A DNA stretch of 64,000 nucleotides, from the NCBI RefSeq assembly GCF_013823285.1, contig NZ_PNLV01000001.1:20260-84259 (forward strand), written 5' to 3'. This DNA comes from Brevundimonas sp. Lineage in GTDB: Bacteria > Pseudomonadota > Alphaproteobacteria > Caulobacterales > Caulobacteraceae. Below, piece after piece: positions 13,409 to 23,034 of the stretch. Numbering within the stretch: the stretch's first letter is position 1; every line of letters begins with the position of its first letter. The notes under the pieces were generated by a model that saw nothing but the letters and a program-made list of their open reading frames with translations, did no database searches and had not been told where the DNA came from. Made by a program: the position numbers and the translations under genes.

Positions 13409-14826
13409 TCGGCCAGCAGGCCCGCCGGATCGTACAGCTCGCCGTCCGACAACACCGCCCGCACCTGTGTCAGGGCGTTCAGGTCCGTCGCCGGGTCCGC
13501 TGACAGGAAGACGATGTCCGCTTCCTGACCCACGGCCAGGGCGCCGGTGCGGTCCGCGATCCCCAGCCTGCGCGCGGCATCGGTGGTGGCCATGCGCAGC
13601 ACATCCCATGCGGGTATCCCGGCCTCCTGATGCAGGACCGCTTCGCGGGCCATGCTCCGTCCCGGCGCGATGAAGGGATTGGCCATGTCTGTGCCCAGGG
13701 TCAGCGGCACGCCCGCCTCGTGCATGCGGCGGGTCAGCTCCAGAACCTTGGGCCACACCGCCCGGGCGCGCGCATAGTCCTCGGCGGTCCAGCCCAGATC
13801 GAACCGGAAGACCTGGCTCCAGTTCGCCTGCATGTCCGGATGAAACAGGCCTGCATCCCGGGCGAGAAAGGCCGCATCGTCGCCCCGGAAAGCCGCCTCG
13901 AAAGCCACCAGCGTGGCGTCGACATGAACCTGTTCACGCGCCAGCGTCCGGATCATGGTTTCGATCTCCGGTGCGTCCAGATCGACGGCCTCGTACCATT
14001 CGAAGAAAGCGAACGCGCCCTGCCTGCGGCTCGCCACATAGGCCTCGCGGCGATCCGGCGGCAGCAACTCCGGGCTCACCGGCATCATGTGCACCAGCGC
14101 GTCCACACCCAGTTCGGCGGCGCGGGTCCAGCTCACGTCCGACAGGTGTGCGATCACCGGCAGGCCGTGACGCCGGGCCTCGGCGATCCCCTCGATCAGG
14201 TCCGCCTCGCTCAGGGACTCGTAGAGCTTGATGTAGCGCGCGCCCCCTTGCGCCTGCTCGGCGACGATGGCGGCGACGCCCCGCGTCTCCGACGGCCGGT
14301 CCGCCAGGCCCATGACGGGAAAGGGTGAGCGGTCGATGACTTCGCCGGCGTGCAGGGCTTCGGGCCCCGACAGGCCCGCTGCCCGCGCTTCATCGTAGGC
14401 GCGGCTCGCCGCCATGTCGCCACCGGGATTGCGCACCGTGGTGACGCCGTAGGCCAGCATGCGCCGCGCGTTGTGGGCCACGATGTCGGGGCGATGATCT
14501 GCGGCCAGATAGGGCGCGCCGTCCTCGTCTGTGTCGATGCGGATCGCCGCCAGACTGATGTGCGCATGGGTGTCGATCAGGCCGGGCAGGGCGAACAGGC
14601 CGGTGAAGTCGTGCATCCGGCCTTGCCCGGTCGCGGGACGGCCCTGCCCGATCTCGACGATGCGGCCGTCCTCGACCACCACATAGGCGTCCGGCTGGAA
14701 CGTCTCGGTCTGCGGATGGATCAGGTTCAGGCCCAGATAGACGTTGCGTTCGGCATGGGCGGCGGACGCGACGGCGAGCGAAGCGATAGCGAGAAGGCAG
14801 GCAGGAAGGACTGGTCGACGGATCAT
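13402..14826 (-). CDS. amidohydrolase family protein, exported
   Basis: MIRRPVLPACLLAIASLAVASAAHA signal and the metal-binding GLIDTHAHI motif. ATG at 14826 has GGAG 6 nt upstream. Convergent 7-nt overlap with the M28 gene. Confidence 0.8.
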   Translation of the reverse strand: MIRRPVLPACLLAIASLAVASAAHAERNVYLGLNLIHPQTETFQPDAYVVVEDGRIVEIGQGRPATGQGRMHDFTGLFALPGLIDTHAHISLAAIRIDTDEDGAPYLAADHRPDIVAHNARRMLAYGVTTVRNPGGDMAASRAYDEARAAGLSGPEALHAGEVIDRSPFPVMGLADRPSETRGVAAIVAEQAQGGARYIKLYESLSEADLIEGIAEARRHGLPVIAHLSDVSWTRAAELGVDALVHMMPVSPELLPPDRREAYVASRRQGAFAFFEWYEAVDLDAPEIETMIRTLAREQVHVDATLVAFEAAFRGDDAAFLARDAGLFHPDMQANWSQVFRFDLGWTAEDYARARAVWPKVLELTRRMHEAGVPLTLGTDMANPFIAPGRSMAREAVLHQEAGIPAWDVLRMATTDAARRLGIADRTGALAVGQEADIVFLSADPATDLNALTQVRAVLSDGELYDPAGLLADQ

Positions 14827-14923
14827 GACGGCTCCACGGATAGCTGTGATGCCGATGAAGTCCGTTCCAGACGGCAAGTCTTTCACACTTCTCGCAAGAT
14901 CGATGAGCGCCTATCTGTCGGTC

Positions 14924-15373
14924 ATGATCGACGATCTCTACAGCGCGCGCATCCTCACGCTCGCGGCCAACATGCCGCGCACGGGGCGTCTGGACGCGCC
15001 GCAGGGCACGGGCCACAGGGTCGCCAGGCTGTGCGGCTCGACCGCCACCGTTGACGTCATTCTGGATGACACCGGCCAGGTGGCGGATTACGCCCAGGCC
15101 GTGAAGGCCTGCGCCCTTGGCCAGGCGGCGGCGGCGGTGCTGGGCGAACAGGTGATCGGCGCAACCGGCGACGAGATCGAGCAGGCCCGGGACGCCATGG
15201 CGGCCATGTTGAAATCAGGCGGCGAAGGGCCCGAGGGGCGCTTCGCTGATCTGCGCATGCTGAAACAGGTGGCGGACTATCCAGCCCGCCACGCGTCGGC
15301 GCTGGTGGCGGTGGAGGCGGCGCTGGACGCGGTGCGCGCGGCCGAGCGCGCCCGCCTGTCAGGCGCGGCCTGA
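14924..15373 (+). CDS. NifU/IscU-like iron-sulfur cluster scaffold homologue
   Basis: [45 protein letters not shown]...[15 protein letters not shown] resembles the COG0822 scaffold family. The start is uncertain (ATG 14903 or 14924). Confidence 0.65.
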   Translation: MIDDLYSARILTLAANMPRTGRLDAPQGTGHRVARLCGSTATVDVILDDTGQVADYAQAVKACALGQAAAAVLGEQVIGATGDEIEQARDAMAAMLKSGGEGPEGRFADLRMLKQVADYPARHASALVAVEAALDAVRAAERARLSGAA

Positions 15374-15375
15374 CC

Positions 15376-15621
15376 GTGGCGGCCAGCCTGTACGAGCGCG
15401 GCGTCCGTCTGGCCCACCGGGGCTACAAGGTCACCCTGTCGCCCCTGACCGGACAGCAGTGCCGGTTCCTGCCCACCTGTTCGGACTATGCGGCCGAGGC
15501 CCTGATCACCCACGGCCCCGCGCGGGGCGGCTGGCTCGCCTTGAAAAGGGTCTGCCGCTGCCATCCTTTCGGCGGCTCGGGGTACGATCCGGTTCCGCCG
15601 AAGCTGTCGCTCCCCGACTAG
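15376..15621 (+). CDS. yidD: membrane protein insertion efficiency factor YidD
   Basis: 81 aa with the [46 protein letters not shown] signature. GTG start. Confidence 0.87.
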   Translation: MAASLYERGVRLAHRGYKVTLSPLTGQQCRFLPTCSDYAAEALITHGPARGGWLALKRVCRCHPFGGSGYDPVPPKLSLPD

Positions 15622-15689
15622 CCGGGGTGCGCGGCGGAGAAGCTTCTGTATATGCTAGGGCGGAATCGGATGGCGGGAGCAGGCGCGTG

Positions 15690-17957
15690 ATGCCCATGGG
15701 CAGCGGATTGACGACGAGGGGGCCCAGAAACCTCCTGCGCCAGATCCGCGAGGCCATGGCCGGCGGCGGCCCGGCCCAGGAGCGTCTGGACAAGGTCGTC
15801 AAGACCATCGCCTCGTCAATGGTGGCGGAAGTCTGCTCCATCTATCTGCGCCGCTCCACCGGAGAGCTGGAGCTGTTCGCCACCGAGGGCCTGAATCCCG
15901 GCGCCGTCCACAACACCCGCCTGCGGCCCGGCGAGGGTCTCGTGGGCGAGGTGGCGCGGCTCAACGAGCCCATCAGCCTGTCGGACGCCCCCAGCCACCC
16001 CAGCTTCTCCTACCGCCCCGAAACCGGCGAGGATCCCTACCACGCTTTCCTCGGCGCGCCCCTGCTGCGCGGCGGCCGATCCATCGGCGTGCTGGTGGTC
16101 CAGAACCAGGCGGCGCGCCGCTATGACGAGGACGAGGTCGAGGACATCCAGACCATCGCCATGGTCCTGGCCGAAACCGTCGCCTCCGGAGAATTGCTGG
16201 GCCTGGACGAGCTGCGCGATGTGGAGGTCGCCCCCCACCGCCCCGAACGCATCAAGGGCCAGCGCTTCGCCGAAGGCCTCGCCATCGGCCATGCGGTGCT
16301 GCACGAGGCGCCGGTGGCGCCCGAGCGCCTGCTGGCCGACGACCCCGTGGCGGAGGAGGCGCGGCTGAAGCTTGGCCTGACCGCGCTGAAGGCCAACATC
16401 GACGCCATGCTGGAGGGCGGGCAGGGCCTCGCCGGACCGTCCTACGAGGTGCTGGAGACCTACCGGATGTTCGCCGACGACCGGGGCTGGAACCGGTCGC
16501 TGGAGGAGGCGGTGCGCGGCGGTCTGACCGCCGAGGCGGCGGTTGATCGGGTGCGAAACGAGCACCGGGCCCGCTTCGCCAAGGCCCGCGATCCCTACAT
16601 CCGCGAACGCCTGCACGATCTCGAGGATCTGGCCAACCGCCTGCTGCGGGTGCTGGCGGGAGACCGCCCGGGCCAGCGCGATCTGCCGGACGACACCATT
16701 CTGGTGGCCCGCAACCTGGGGCCTGCGGACCTGCTGGAGTATCCCCGCGACAAGCTGCGCGGCTTGCTGCTTGAGGAAGGCTCCGCCGCCAGCCATGCGG
16801 GCATCGTCGCCCGGGCGCTCCAGATTCCCTGCGTCGGCCGCCTCGCCGGCCTGAGGGACCGCCTGTCAGAGGGTGATCTGGTCATCGCCGACGGCGAGTC
16901 GGGCGAGGCGTTCCTGCGCCCCCGGCCCGAGATGCTGGACGCGGTGCAGGCGCGCATGCAGGTCCGCGCCCAGCGCCGCGCCGAGTTCGTGGCCCTGCGC
17001 GACACGCCCGCCGTGACCCGAGACGGGGTGCGGGTGACGGTGCTGGCCAACGCCGGACTGGTGGTGGATCTGGACACCCTGGACGAGACGGGCGCCGAGG
17101 GCATCGGCCTGTTCCGCACCGAGTTCCAGTTCATGGTGTCTGAGGAACTGCCCCGCCTCCAGGCCCAGACCGATCTGTATCGCCGGGTGCTGGACGCGGC
17201 GGGGGACCGCCCGGTCACCTTCCGCACCCTGGACGTGGGCGGCGACAAGGTGCTGCCCTATCTCGAGGTGGAGCGCGAGGAGAACCCCGCCCTCGGCCGC
17301 CGCGCCATCCGTCTCGGTCTGGACCGGCCCGGCCTGCTGCGGCTGCAACTGCGCGCCCTGTTGAGCGCAGCCGCCGGCCGCGAACTGCGGGTCATGTTCC
17401 CCATGATCGCCACGGTGGACGAGTTCCGCGCGGCCCGCGCCCTGATGGACGCCGAATGCGAATGGGCCGAGCGCCGGGGCAAGACCTTGCCCGCGTCCCT
17501 GCGGGTCGGCGCCATGATCGAGGCGCCCAGCCTGCTGTGGCATCTGGACGCCCTGCTGCCGCTGACCGATTTCGTGTCCATCGGCACCAATGACCTGTTT
17601 CAGTACATGTACGCAGCGGACCGGACCAATCCCCTGGTCTCGGATCGGTACGACCCGTTGTCGCCCCCGACCCTGCGCGCCCTGCAGGACATTCAGCGCC
17701 AGTGCGAGGAAACCGAGACGCCGGTGTCCGTCTGTGGCGAGCTGGCCGGCCGGCCACTGGAGGCCATGGTTCTGCTGGCGCTTGGATACACACGGCTTTC
17801 TGCGCCCGCGGGCGGGGTGGGGCCGGTCAAGCGCATGATCCTGTCGCTGGATCTGGCGGCGGCTCGGCGCGGCGTGTCGGGGCTGCTGGGCGCCCCCTCG
17901 GCCTCGGTCCGCAACGAGGTGGAGGCCTTGGCCCGGAAGTTGAACGTCGCTCTGTGA
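15690..17957 (+). CDS. ptsP: phosphoenolpyruvate-protein phosphotransferase PtsP (EI-Ntr, GAF domain)
   Basis: N-terminal GAF region (VCSIYLRRSTGELELFATEGL...) is followed by PEP-utilising enzyme domains (GSAASHAGIVARALQIPCV, GIGLFRTEFQFM, SIGTNDLFQYM). GGGAG lies at 15675-15679 before the GTG/ATG at 15687/15690. Confidence 0.9.
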   Translation: MPMGSGLTTRGPRNLLRQIREAMAGGGPAQERLDKVVKTIASSMVAEVCSIYLRRSTGELELFATEGLNPGAVHNTRLRPGEGLVGEVARLNEPISLSDAPSHPSFSYRPETGEDPYHAFLGAPLLRGGRSIGVLVVQNQAARRYDEDEVEDIQTIAMVLAETVASGELLGLDELRDVEVAPHRPERIKGQRFAEGLAIGHAVLHEAPVAPERLLADDPVAEEARLKLGLTALKANIDAMLEGGQGLAGPSYEVLETYRMFADDRGWNRSLEEAVRGGLTAEAAVDRVRNEHRARFAKARDPYIRERLHDLEDLANRLLRVLAGDRPGQRDLPDDTILVARNLGPADLLEYPRDKLRGLLLEEGSAASHAGIVARALQIPCVGRLAGLRDRLSEGDLVIADGESGEAFLRPRPEMLDAVQARMQVRAQRRAEFVALRDTPAVTRDGVRVTVLANAGLVVDLDTLDETGAEGIGLFRTEFQFMVSEELPRLQAQTDLYRRVLDAAGDRPVTFRTLDVGGDKVLPYLEVEREENPALGRRAIRLGLDRPGLLRLQLRALLSAAAGRELRVMFPMIATVDEFRAARALMDAECEWAERRGKTLPASLRVGAMIEAPSLLWHLDALLPLTDFVSIGTNDLFQYMYAADRTNPLVSDRYDPLSPPTLRALQDIQRQCEETETPVSVCGELAGRPLEAMVLLALGYTRLSAPAGGVGPVKRMILSLDLAAARRGVSGLLGAPSASVRNEVEALARKLNVAL

Positions 17958-18014
17958 GAAAGCCGCTCGCGCGGGGCGCGAATCGGTTAACCAGACATTG
18001 ATCCGGGGCTGTCA

Positions 18015-19160
18015 ATGGGTTATCCACAGGATGAGTTCGAGGGGCTTCCGGGGGGAGGTCAGGATCGGGCGCTGCGGGGGACGTGGCGGTTCGATCATTC
18101 ATCGATCGACAGTGCGAGTATGGGGGCGGGCGACATGCCGCTGGATGCAGGGTTCGACCCTGACGTGCGACACGACGAGGCGGAGTGGAGCGATCCGCAC
18201 CGCATTCTGACGGAGTCCCCCACTCTGGGCGACGCCCTGCGCCGGGCGCGTGAACATTCCGACCGCCCCATCGATGAGCTGTCCGCTGCGACCCGCGTCC
18301 ATGCCCGCTACCTTCGGGCCCTTGAACAGGGTGACTTCACCGCCCTGCCGTCTCAGGTGTTCGCCCTGGGCTATGTGCGAGCCTACGCCGCCGCCCTGGG
18401 GCTGGATGAGCAGCTGGCTGCCGAACGCTTCAAACGGGAAAGCCCCCATGCGCCCGTGGGACTGCAGCCGCCGACCGGGGTGGACGTGCGCGAGGCCAGG
18501 CGCAGTTCGCCGCGTCTCATCGCCGCCGCCGCCGCCCTGGTGTTCGCCGTCGTCGGCTGGAATGTCTTCCAGCGGGTCAGCCTGATGCAGGCGCCGACCC
18601 CGCCCGCCATTTTCGAGACGCCCGAAACCTGGTCTCTCGGCTCGGCGCCCGGCGTGGTGCGTCTGGGCGCGCCGCGCGCCGCGCCGCCGGACCAGACTGT
18701 CCCTGCCCTGTACATAACGCCCGGTCTTGAGGCCGAGCTGAGCGGACTGGAATCCGAGGCCGAGGGCGATGGCCAGGCCGCAACGCCGGCGCCGACCGCT
18801 CCGGTCCAGCGCGCCTTCAATCCGCGCGGCGCGACCTATGGCGCCGCGCCCACCGCTTCCCATGTCGTGATCCAGGCCCAGCGCCCCGCCAGCATCGTAG
18901 TGCGCATGGCTGACGGCCGGGTCCTGTTCGCCCGCCAACTGGCGGCCGGGGAATCCTGGCGCGCGCCCCGCGACGTGGCGGCCACCATCGATGTGTCCGA
19001 GCCGTCCGCCTTCACTGTCTATCTGAACGGCGAGTACGAGGGCGCCCTGACCTCGGCCCTGACGCCGCTGGCGGGTCTGAACGCCCGCGCCCAGGCCGCC
19101 GCGCGCCAGACCGCCAGCGCACTGGCCCAGCGGACCGCAACAATTCCTCCTGCGGGCTGA
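18015..19160 (+). CDS. RodZ-like helix-turn-helix cytoskeletal protein (HTH + TM + DUF4115-like C-terminus)
   Basis: LGDALRRAREHSDRPIDELSAATRVHARYLRALEQGDF...VFALGYVRAYAAALG, then a TM segment (LIAAAAALVFAVVGWNVF) and a C-terminal beta domain. It sits immediately upstream of ispG, as rodZ does in E. coli. The start is uncertain (18015, 18120 or 18135). Confidence 0.7.
   Translation: MGYPQDEFEGLPGGGQDRALRGTWRFDHSSIDSASMGAGDMPLDAGFDPDVRHDEAEWSDPHRILTESPTLGDALRRAREHSDRPIDELSAATRVHARYLRALEQGDFTALPSQVFALGYVRAYAAALGLDEQLAAERFKRESPHAPVGLQPPTGVDVREARRSSPRLIAAAAALVFAVVGWNVFQRVSLMQAPTPPAIFETPETWSLGSAPGVVRLGAPRAAPPDQTVPALYITPGLEAELSGLESEAEGDGQAATPAPTAPVQRAFNPRGATYGAAPTASHVVIQAQRPASIVVRMADGRVLFARQLAAGESWRAPRDVAATIDVSEPSAFTVYLNGEYEGALTSALTPLAGLNARAQAAARQTASALAQRTATIPPAG
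18020..18028. promoter_or_regulatory. perfect DnaA box TTATCCACA
   Basis: Exact 9-mer. I expect about 0.1 chance occurrences in a 64-kb window of this composition. Nearby are GAATC (17980-17984) and a CtrA-like TTAACCAGACATTGA (17987-18001). Confidence 0.35.
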
Positions 19161-19211
19161 CATCTTTCCGTCGTGGAATAACATCGCCTGATCCCCTATC
19201 TAGGGTGTGTC

Positions 19212-20360
19212 ATGTCCAACGCCGCCGACCAGCTGGGCCACATCCGCCCCTGGCGCCATATCGAGCGCCGCAAGAGCCGCCAGATCCATGTGGGCTCCGT
19301 GGCCGTGGGCGGCGACGCTCCCATCAGCGTCCAGTCCATGACCAATACGCCGACCGCCGACGCGGCGGCGACCCTGGAGCAGATCCGTCAGCTGGAGGAG
19401 GCCGGGGCCGACATCGTGCGGGTGTCCTGCCCCGATGAAGAGTCCACCGCCGCCTTCCGCACCATCGCGCGGGAGTCTCGCGTGCCGCTGGTGGCAGATA
19501 TCCATTTCCATTATCGCCGGGGCATCGAGGCGGCCCAGGCGGGCGCCGCCTGCCTGCGCATCAATCCGGGCAACATCGGCTCGCGCGACCGGGTGCGCGA
19601 GGTAATCCAGGCGGCGCGAGACCACGGCTGCTCCATGCGCATCGGCGTCAACGCCGGGTCGCTGGAGCGCGAACTGCTCGAGAAATACGGCGAGCCCTGC
19701 CCCGATGCGATGGTGGAAAGCGCGCTGAACCACGCCCGCATCCTGCAGGACGAGGACTTCCATGAGTTCAAGATCTCGGTGAAGGCCTCCGACCCCTTCC
19801 TGACCGTGGCCGCCTATCAGCAATTGGCCGACGCCATCGACTGCCCCCTGCATCTGGGCGTGACCGAGGCCGGGCCTCTGCGCACCGGCACCATCAAGTC
19901 CGCCATCGGGCTGGGCTCCATGCTGTGGGCCGGCATCGGCGACACCATCCGGGTCAGCCTGGCCGCCGATCCGGTGGAGGAGATCAAGGTCGGCTTCGAC
20001 ATCCTGAAGTCGCTGGGCCTGCGCCACCGGGGCGTCAACATCATCGCCTGCCCGTCCTGCGCCCGTCAGGGCTTCAACGTCATCGAGACCGTGGGCGTGC
20101 TGGAAGAGCGGCTGGCCCACATCACCACCCCCATGAGTCTGTCCATCATCGGCTGCGTCGTGAACGGCCCCGGCGAGGCGCTCTACACCGACGTGGGCTT
20201 CACCGGCGGCGGCAAGGGCGCGGGCATGGTCTATCTGGCCGGCAAGATGACCCACAAGCAGGACAACGCCGGCATGGTCGAGCACATCGTCGAACTGGTG
20301 GAGAAGAAGGCCGCCGAGCTCGACGCCGAGCGCGCGGGCGCCGCTCAGGCCGCCGAATAG
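19212..20360 (+). CDS. ispG: 4-hydroxy-3-methylbut-2-en-1-yl diphosphate synthase
   Basis: 382 aa with [36 protein letters not shown] and ACPSCARQ motifs. Confidence 0.97.
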   Translation: MSNAADQLGHIRPWRHIERRKSRQIHVGSVAVGGDAPISVQSMTNTPTADAAATLEQIRQLEEAGADIVRVSCPDEESTAAFRTIARESRVPLVADIHFHYRRGIEAAQAGAACLRINPGNIGSRDRVREVIQAARDHGCSMRIGVNAGSLERELLEKYGEPCPDAMVESALNHARILQDEDFHEFKISVKASDPFLTVAAYQQLADAIDCPLHLGVTEAGPLRTGTIKSAIGLGSMLWAGIGDTIRVSLAADPVEEIKVGFDILKSLGLRHRGVNIIACPSCARQGFNVIETVGVLEERLAHITTPMSLSIIGCVVNGPGEALYTDVGFTGGGKGAGMVYLAGKMTHKQDNAGMVEHIVELVEKKAAELDAERAGAAQAAE

Positions 20361-20416
20361 GCGGAGCCGTTTGCACAACTCGGGCGTTTGCCTCCGCGCA
20401 CGGAGGACGAATACCC

Positions 20417-21331
20417 ATGACCCTGACCCAGGCGATCGCCGAGAGCCGCCGTTTCGGTGAACGCGCGGCCCGGCGTCTGGGCCGTCGCATGGAACGTCTC
20501 ACAGGCCGGTCGCTGCCGTCGATCCAGACCTTGCTGGAATGGGCCGCCCGCCTCGGCTACGGCGCCCGCGGCTTCGTCTATTTCAACGTGGGGCTGGTGG
20601 CCCTGCTGACGGCCATGGGGCTGATGGGCGACAGCGTGGGCGCCGGCGGGATCATCGAACTCACGGCGGGCCAGCCGTTCGGCCGGGTCTGGCTGACCCT
20701 GCTGGGCGTGGGCCTGTGGATGTTCGTGCTGTGGCGCGTGCTGCAGTCCGTGGCCGACGCCGACCATGAGGGCTGGTCGCTCGCCGCCATCGGCAAACGC
20801 GCGGGCCAGGCGCTCAGTGGCGTGTTCTACGGCATCCTGGCGTCGTCGGTCTTCGAGCTGATGGACGAGGTGGGCGAGATTCAGGCGGATGACGGCGGCG
20901 CCGAGGCGCAGCAGCAGGCCTACACCGTCATGGACATGCCCTACGGCGACTGGCTGCTGATCGGCGCCGGCCTGTTCATCATCGGCATGGGCGTGGGCAA
21001 TATCATCAAGGGCATGCGCGGCGACTTCGCGTCCTGGCTGGCGTGCGACCGCAAGACCTGCGAGCGCGTGGTGCCTCTGGCCCGGGCGGGCTACGCGGCG
21101 CGGGGCGTGGTGTATCTGCCCATGGGAATCTTCGTCGTCCTTGCCGGCCTGAACACGCGGGCCGAAGAGGCGCGCAGCTTCGGCGCCTCGCTGGATGTGC
21201 TGCAGTCCCAGCCCTACGGCGCCTGGATTCTCGGCGGGACCGGACTGGGCATCATGGCCTTCGGCGCCTTCGCCCTGGTCGAGGCCCGCTGGCGGCGCAT
21301 CCGCATGCCGCACGACATCAAGCCTCGATAG
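20417..21331 (+). CDS. DUF1206 domain-containing membrane protein
   Basis: Repeated paired-TM modules (GARGFVYFNVGLVALL..., GQALSGVFYGILASSVF..., AARGVVYLPMGIFVVLAG...). ATG at 20417 has GGAGGA at 20403-20408. The upstream part of ORF 19925..21331 overlaps ispG and is rejected. Confidence 0.8.
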   Translation: MTLTQAIAESRRFGERAARRLGRRMERLTGRSLPSIQTLLEWAARLGYGARGFVYFNVGLVALLTAMGLMGDSVGAGGIIELTAGQPFGRVWLTLLGVGLWMFVLWRVLQSVADADHEGWSLAAIGKRAGQALSGVFYGILASSVFELMDEVGEIQADDGGAEAQQQAYTVMDMPYGDWLLIGAGLFIIGMGVGNIIKGMRGDFASWLACDRKTCERVVPLARAGYAARGVVYLPMGIFVVLAGLNTRAEEARSFGASLDVLQSQPYGAWILGGTGLGIMAFGAFALVEARWRRIRMPHDIKPR

Positions 21332-21349
21332 GAGAAAAGCGCCGTCGGA

Positions 21350-22276
21350 TCACTCGCTCAGGAACGCCCGCACCAGCGCCATGAAGACCTCCGGCTGGTC
21401 GGCCATGATGAAGTGGCGCGAGCCGTCCACCCGCTCCAGCCGCACGCCGGGCAGATCGGCATACTCCCGCGCCCACATCCCGTCAGCCAATACGGCGGGA
21501 GCGCCGCCGTCCGCGTCGGCCGCATAGACCGCCCAGACCGGGGTGGTCATGGCCGCCAGACCCGGCCGCAGGTCAGTCGTCATCAGGTCGCGCATGGCCG
21601 CGCCCATGGCCTGACGGTCGGAAGCCATGGACCAGTCCACCATGGCCGCACGCGTCGCCGCGTCGCGGCTCATGCCCTGGGCCAGGGCCTCCTGGCCCGC
21701 GCGAAAGGCGGCGTCGTCAGAGGCGAGCAGGGCGCGGACCGCCTGTTCGGCCATGGGCGCGGCGGTCTCAGGGGTGACGGACGGGCCGTACAACGCGCCG
21801 AAGTACGGCAGGGAATCCACGCTCATCACCCGGCCGATCAGGTTGGGGCGATCCTGCGCCAGCATGACGCCCGACGCCCCGCCCATGGAGTGGCCGATGA
21901 TCGCGGGCCGCTCCAGTCCAGCCGTCTCGATATAGCGTTCGATCTCGGCCACGGCGGGCCGCCAGAAGGCGCCGTCGCCGTGGGCCCACGGCTCCCCTGC
22001 GAAACCGGACAGCTGCACCAGATGCACCCGGTAATCGACAGCCAGAGCCTCGGCGGTCACCCGCCACACCTCGCGCGACGACGCCATGCCGGGTATCAGC
22101 ACCACGTCGGGGCCTTCGCCCAGCGCCTCCACGCTGATGCGATCGGAAACAAACCCCGGCGCCGGGGCGGCGGTCTGGGCCTCGGCCCGTCCGGGCAGGG
22201 CGGCCACGGCGCCGACCGACAGGGCGATCAGCGCGCAGGCGGCCAGGCGCGCGCTCCATGAGCGAACGTTGAACAT
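21350..22276 (-). CDS. alpha/beta hydrolase, exported
   Basis: Signal peptide, GPDVVLIPGMASS and the nucleophile elbow GHSMGG. AAGGAG RBS. Paralogous to 40966..41868. Confidence 0.85.
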   Translation of the reverse strand: MFNVRSWSARLAACALIALSVGAVAALPGRAEAQTAAPAPGFVSDRISVEALGEGPDVVLIPGMASSREVWRVTAEALAVDYRVHLVQLSGFAGEPWAHGDGAFWRPAVAEIERYIETAGLERPAIIGHSMGGASGVMLAQDRPNLIGRVMSVDSLPYFGALYGPSVTPETAAPMAEQAVRALLASDDAAFRAGQEALAQGMSRDAATRAAMVDWSMASDRQAMGAAMRDLMTTDLRPGLAAMTTPVWAVYAADADGGAPAVLADGMWAREYADLPGVRLERVDGSRHFIMADQPEVFMALVRAFLSE

Positions 22277-22307
22277 CGTATTTCTCCTTGGGAATGAACC
22301 GCCGGCC

Positions 22308-22505
22308 TTAGCCGTGCGGATTGTCGAAGATGTCTTCCACCGCGGCCCCGAACTGGGCGGCGATGCGATAGGCGAGATCGAGGGACGGGTCGTGCTTCTC
22401 GGTCTCGAGGGCGTTGACGGCCTGTCGGGAGACGCCCAGCCGGTCCGCCAGCTCGGCTTGGGTCCAGCCCTTCTCGGCGCGCAGGACGCGCAGTCTGTTC
22501 TTCAT
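22308..22505 (-). CDS. XRE-family helix-turn-helix transcriptional regulator (65 aa)
   Basis: MKNRLRVLRAEKGWTQAELADRLGVSRQAVNALETEKHDPSLDLAYRIA. ATG overlaps the upstream stop as ATGA at 22505. Confidence 0.85.
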   Translation of the reverse strand: MKNRLRVLRAEKGWTQAELADRLGVSRQAVNALETEKHDPSLDLAYRIAAQFGAAVEDIFDNPHG

Positions 22506-22912
22506 CAGTTGGAACTCCGCACGAACGGCGCGACCATCCCGAAGACGGCCCAGAACAGGGGGTAGATCAGCCAGGCCGGGACGTGGGGCGCGCCGGCGTA
22601 GCTCTCTCCAAAACCCCACGCCGTCGCCAGCGCCATGGCGATGCCCGCTGACAGGATGAATTGCTTGGCGGTGACGCCGCGCACGAACTCGTCGGAGTCG
22701 CGCATCAGCATCAGGGTGGCCCAGATCTGGCCGGCCACGGGCGCCGCCACCGCCAGCGCCAGCGCCCAGGCCACGGGCCGGCCGATGATCTCGTCAAAGG
22801 CGCCGAAAATGGCCGCCACATTGACCGCCACATAGCCGCCCATGAACGCCATGGTTCGCACCACATAGCGGCGCCCGGCCGGGGTGGTTTGTTGTTTTCC
22901 TAGGGTGAGCAT
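22505..22912 (-). CDS. hypothetical 4-TM membrane protein, first gene of the XRE operon
   Basis: 135 aa with four hydrophobic segments. Strong AGGAGG RBS upstream of the ATG at 22912. Translationally coupled to the XRE gene. Confidence 0.7.
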   Translation of the reverse strand: MLTLGKQQTTPAGRRYVVRTMAFMGGYVAVNVAAIFGAFDEIIGRPVAWALALAVAAPVAGQIWATLMLMRDSDEFVRGVTAKQFILSAGIAMALATAWGFGESYAGAPHVPAWLIYPLFWAVFGMVAPFVRSSN

Positions 22913-22932
22913 GTCATGTCCTCCTGACCAAA

Positions 22933-22977
22933 TGTAAGGTCAACATGACACAGGCGTAGTGTAAGGTCAACACGACA
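22933..22977. promoter_or_regulatory. two 18-bp direct repeats (putative operator) TGTAAGGTCAACA[T/C]GACA
   Basis: Copies at 22933-22950 and 22960-22977 (17/18 identical, 27-bp period). Each is quasi-palindromic (TGT-N12-ACA) and each contains TTGACC on the minus strand. They lie in the divergent region between the membrane/XRE operon and the desaturase. Confidence 0.5.
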
Positions 22978-23034
22978 TTTCGTCAGGCTGACACGACTCA
23001 TCATCCTTTCTGGAAAACGCGCTATGATGGCCTC

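Noticed and set aside
15459-15689. N-terminal extensions offered by the ORF track: ptsP from 15459, DUF1206 from 19925, carotenoid oxygenase from 24070, DUF2141 from 24068, sucD from 34086, methyltransferase from 43552, OmpA from 51049, creatininase from 10517
   Set aside because: The extensions overlap upstream genes, translate to Arg/Pro/Gly-rich sequence, and lack an RBS. Internal ATG/GTG codons with Shine-Dalgarno motifs give canonical N-termini or signal peptides.
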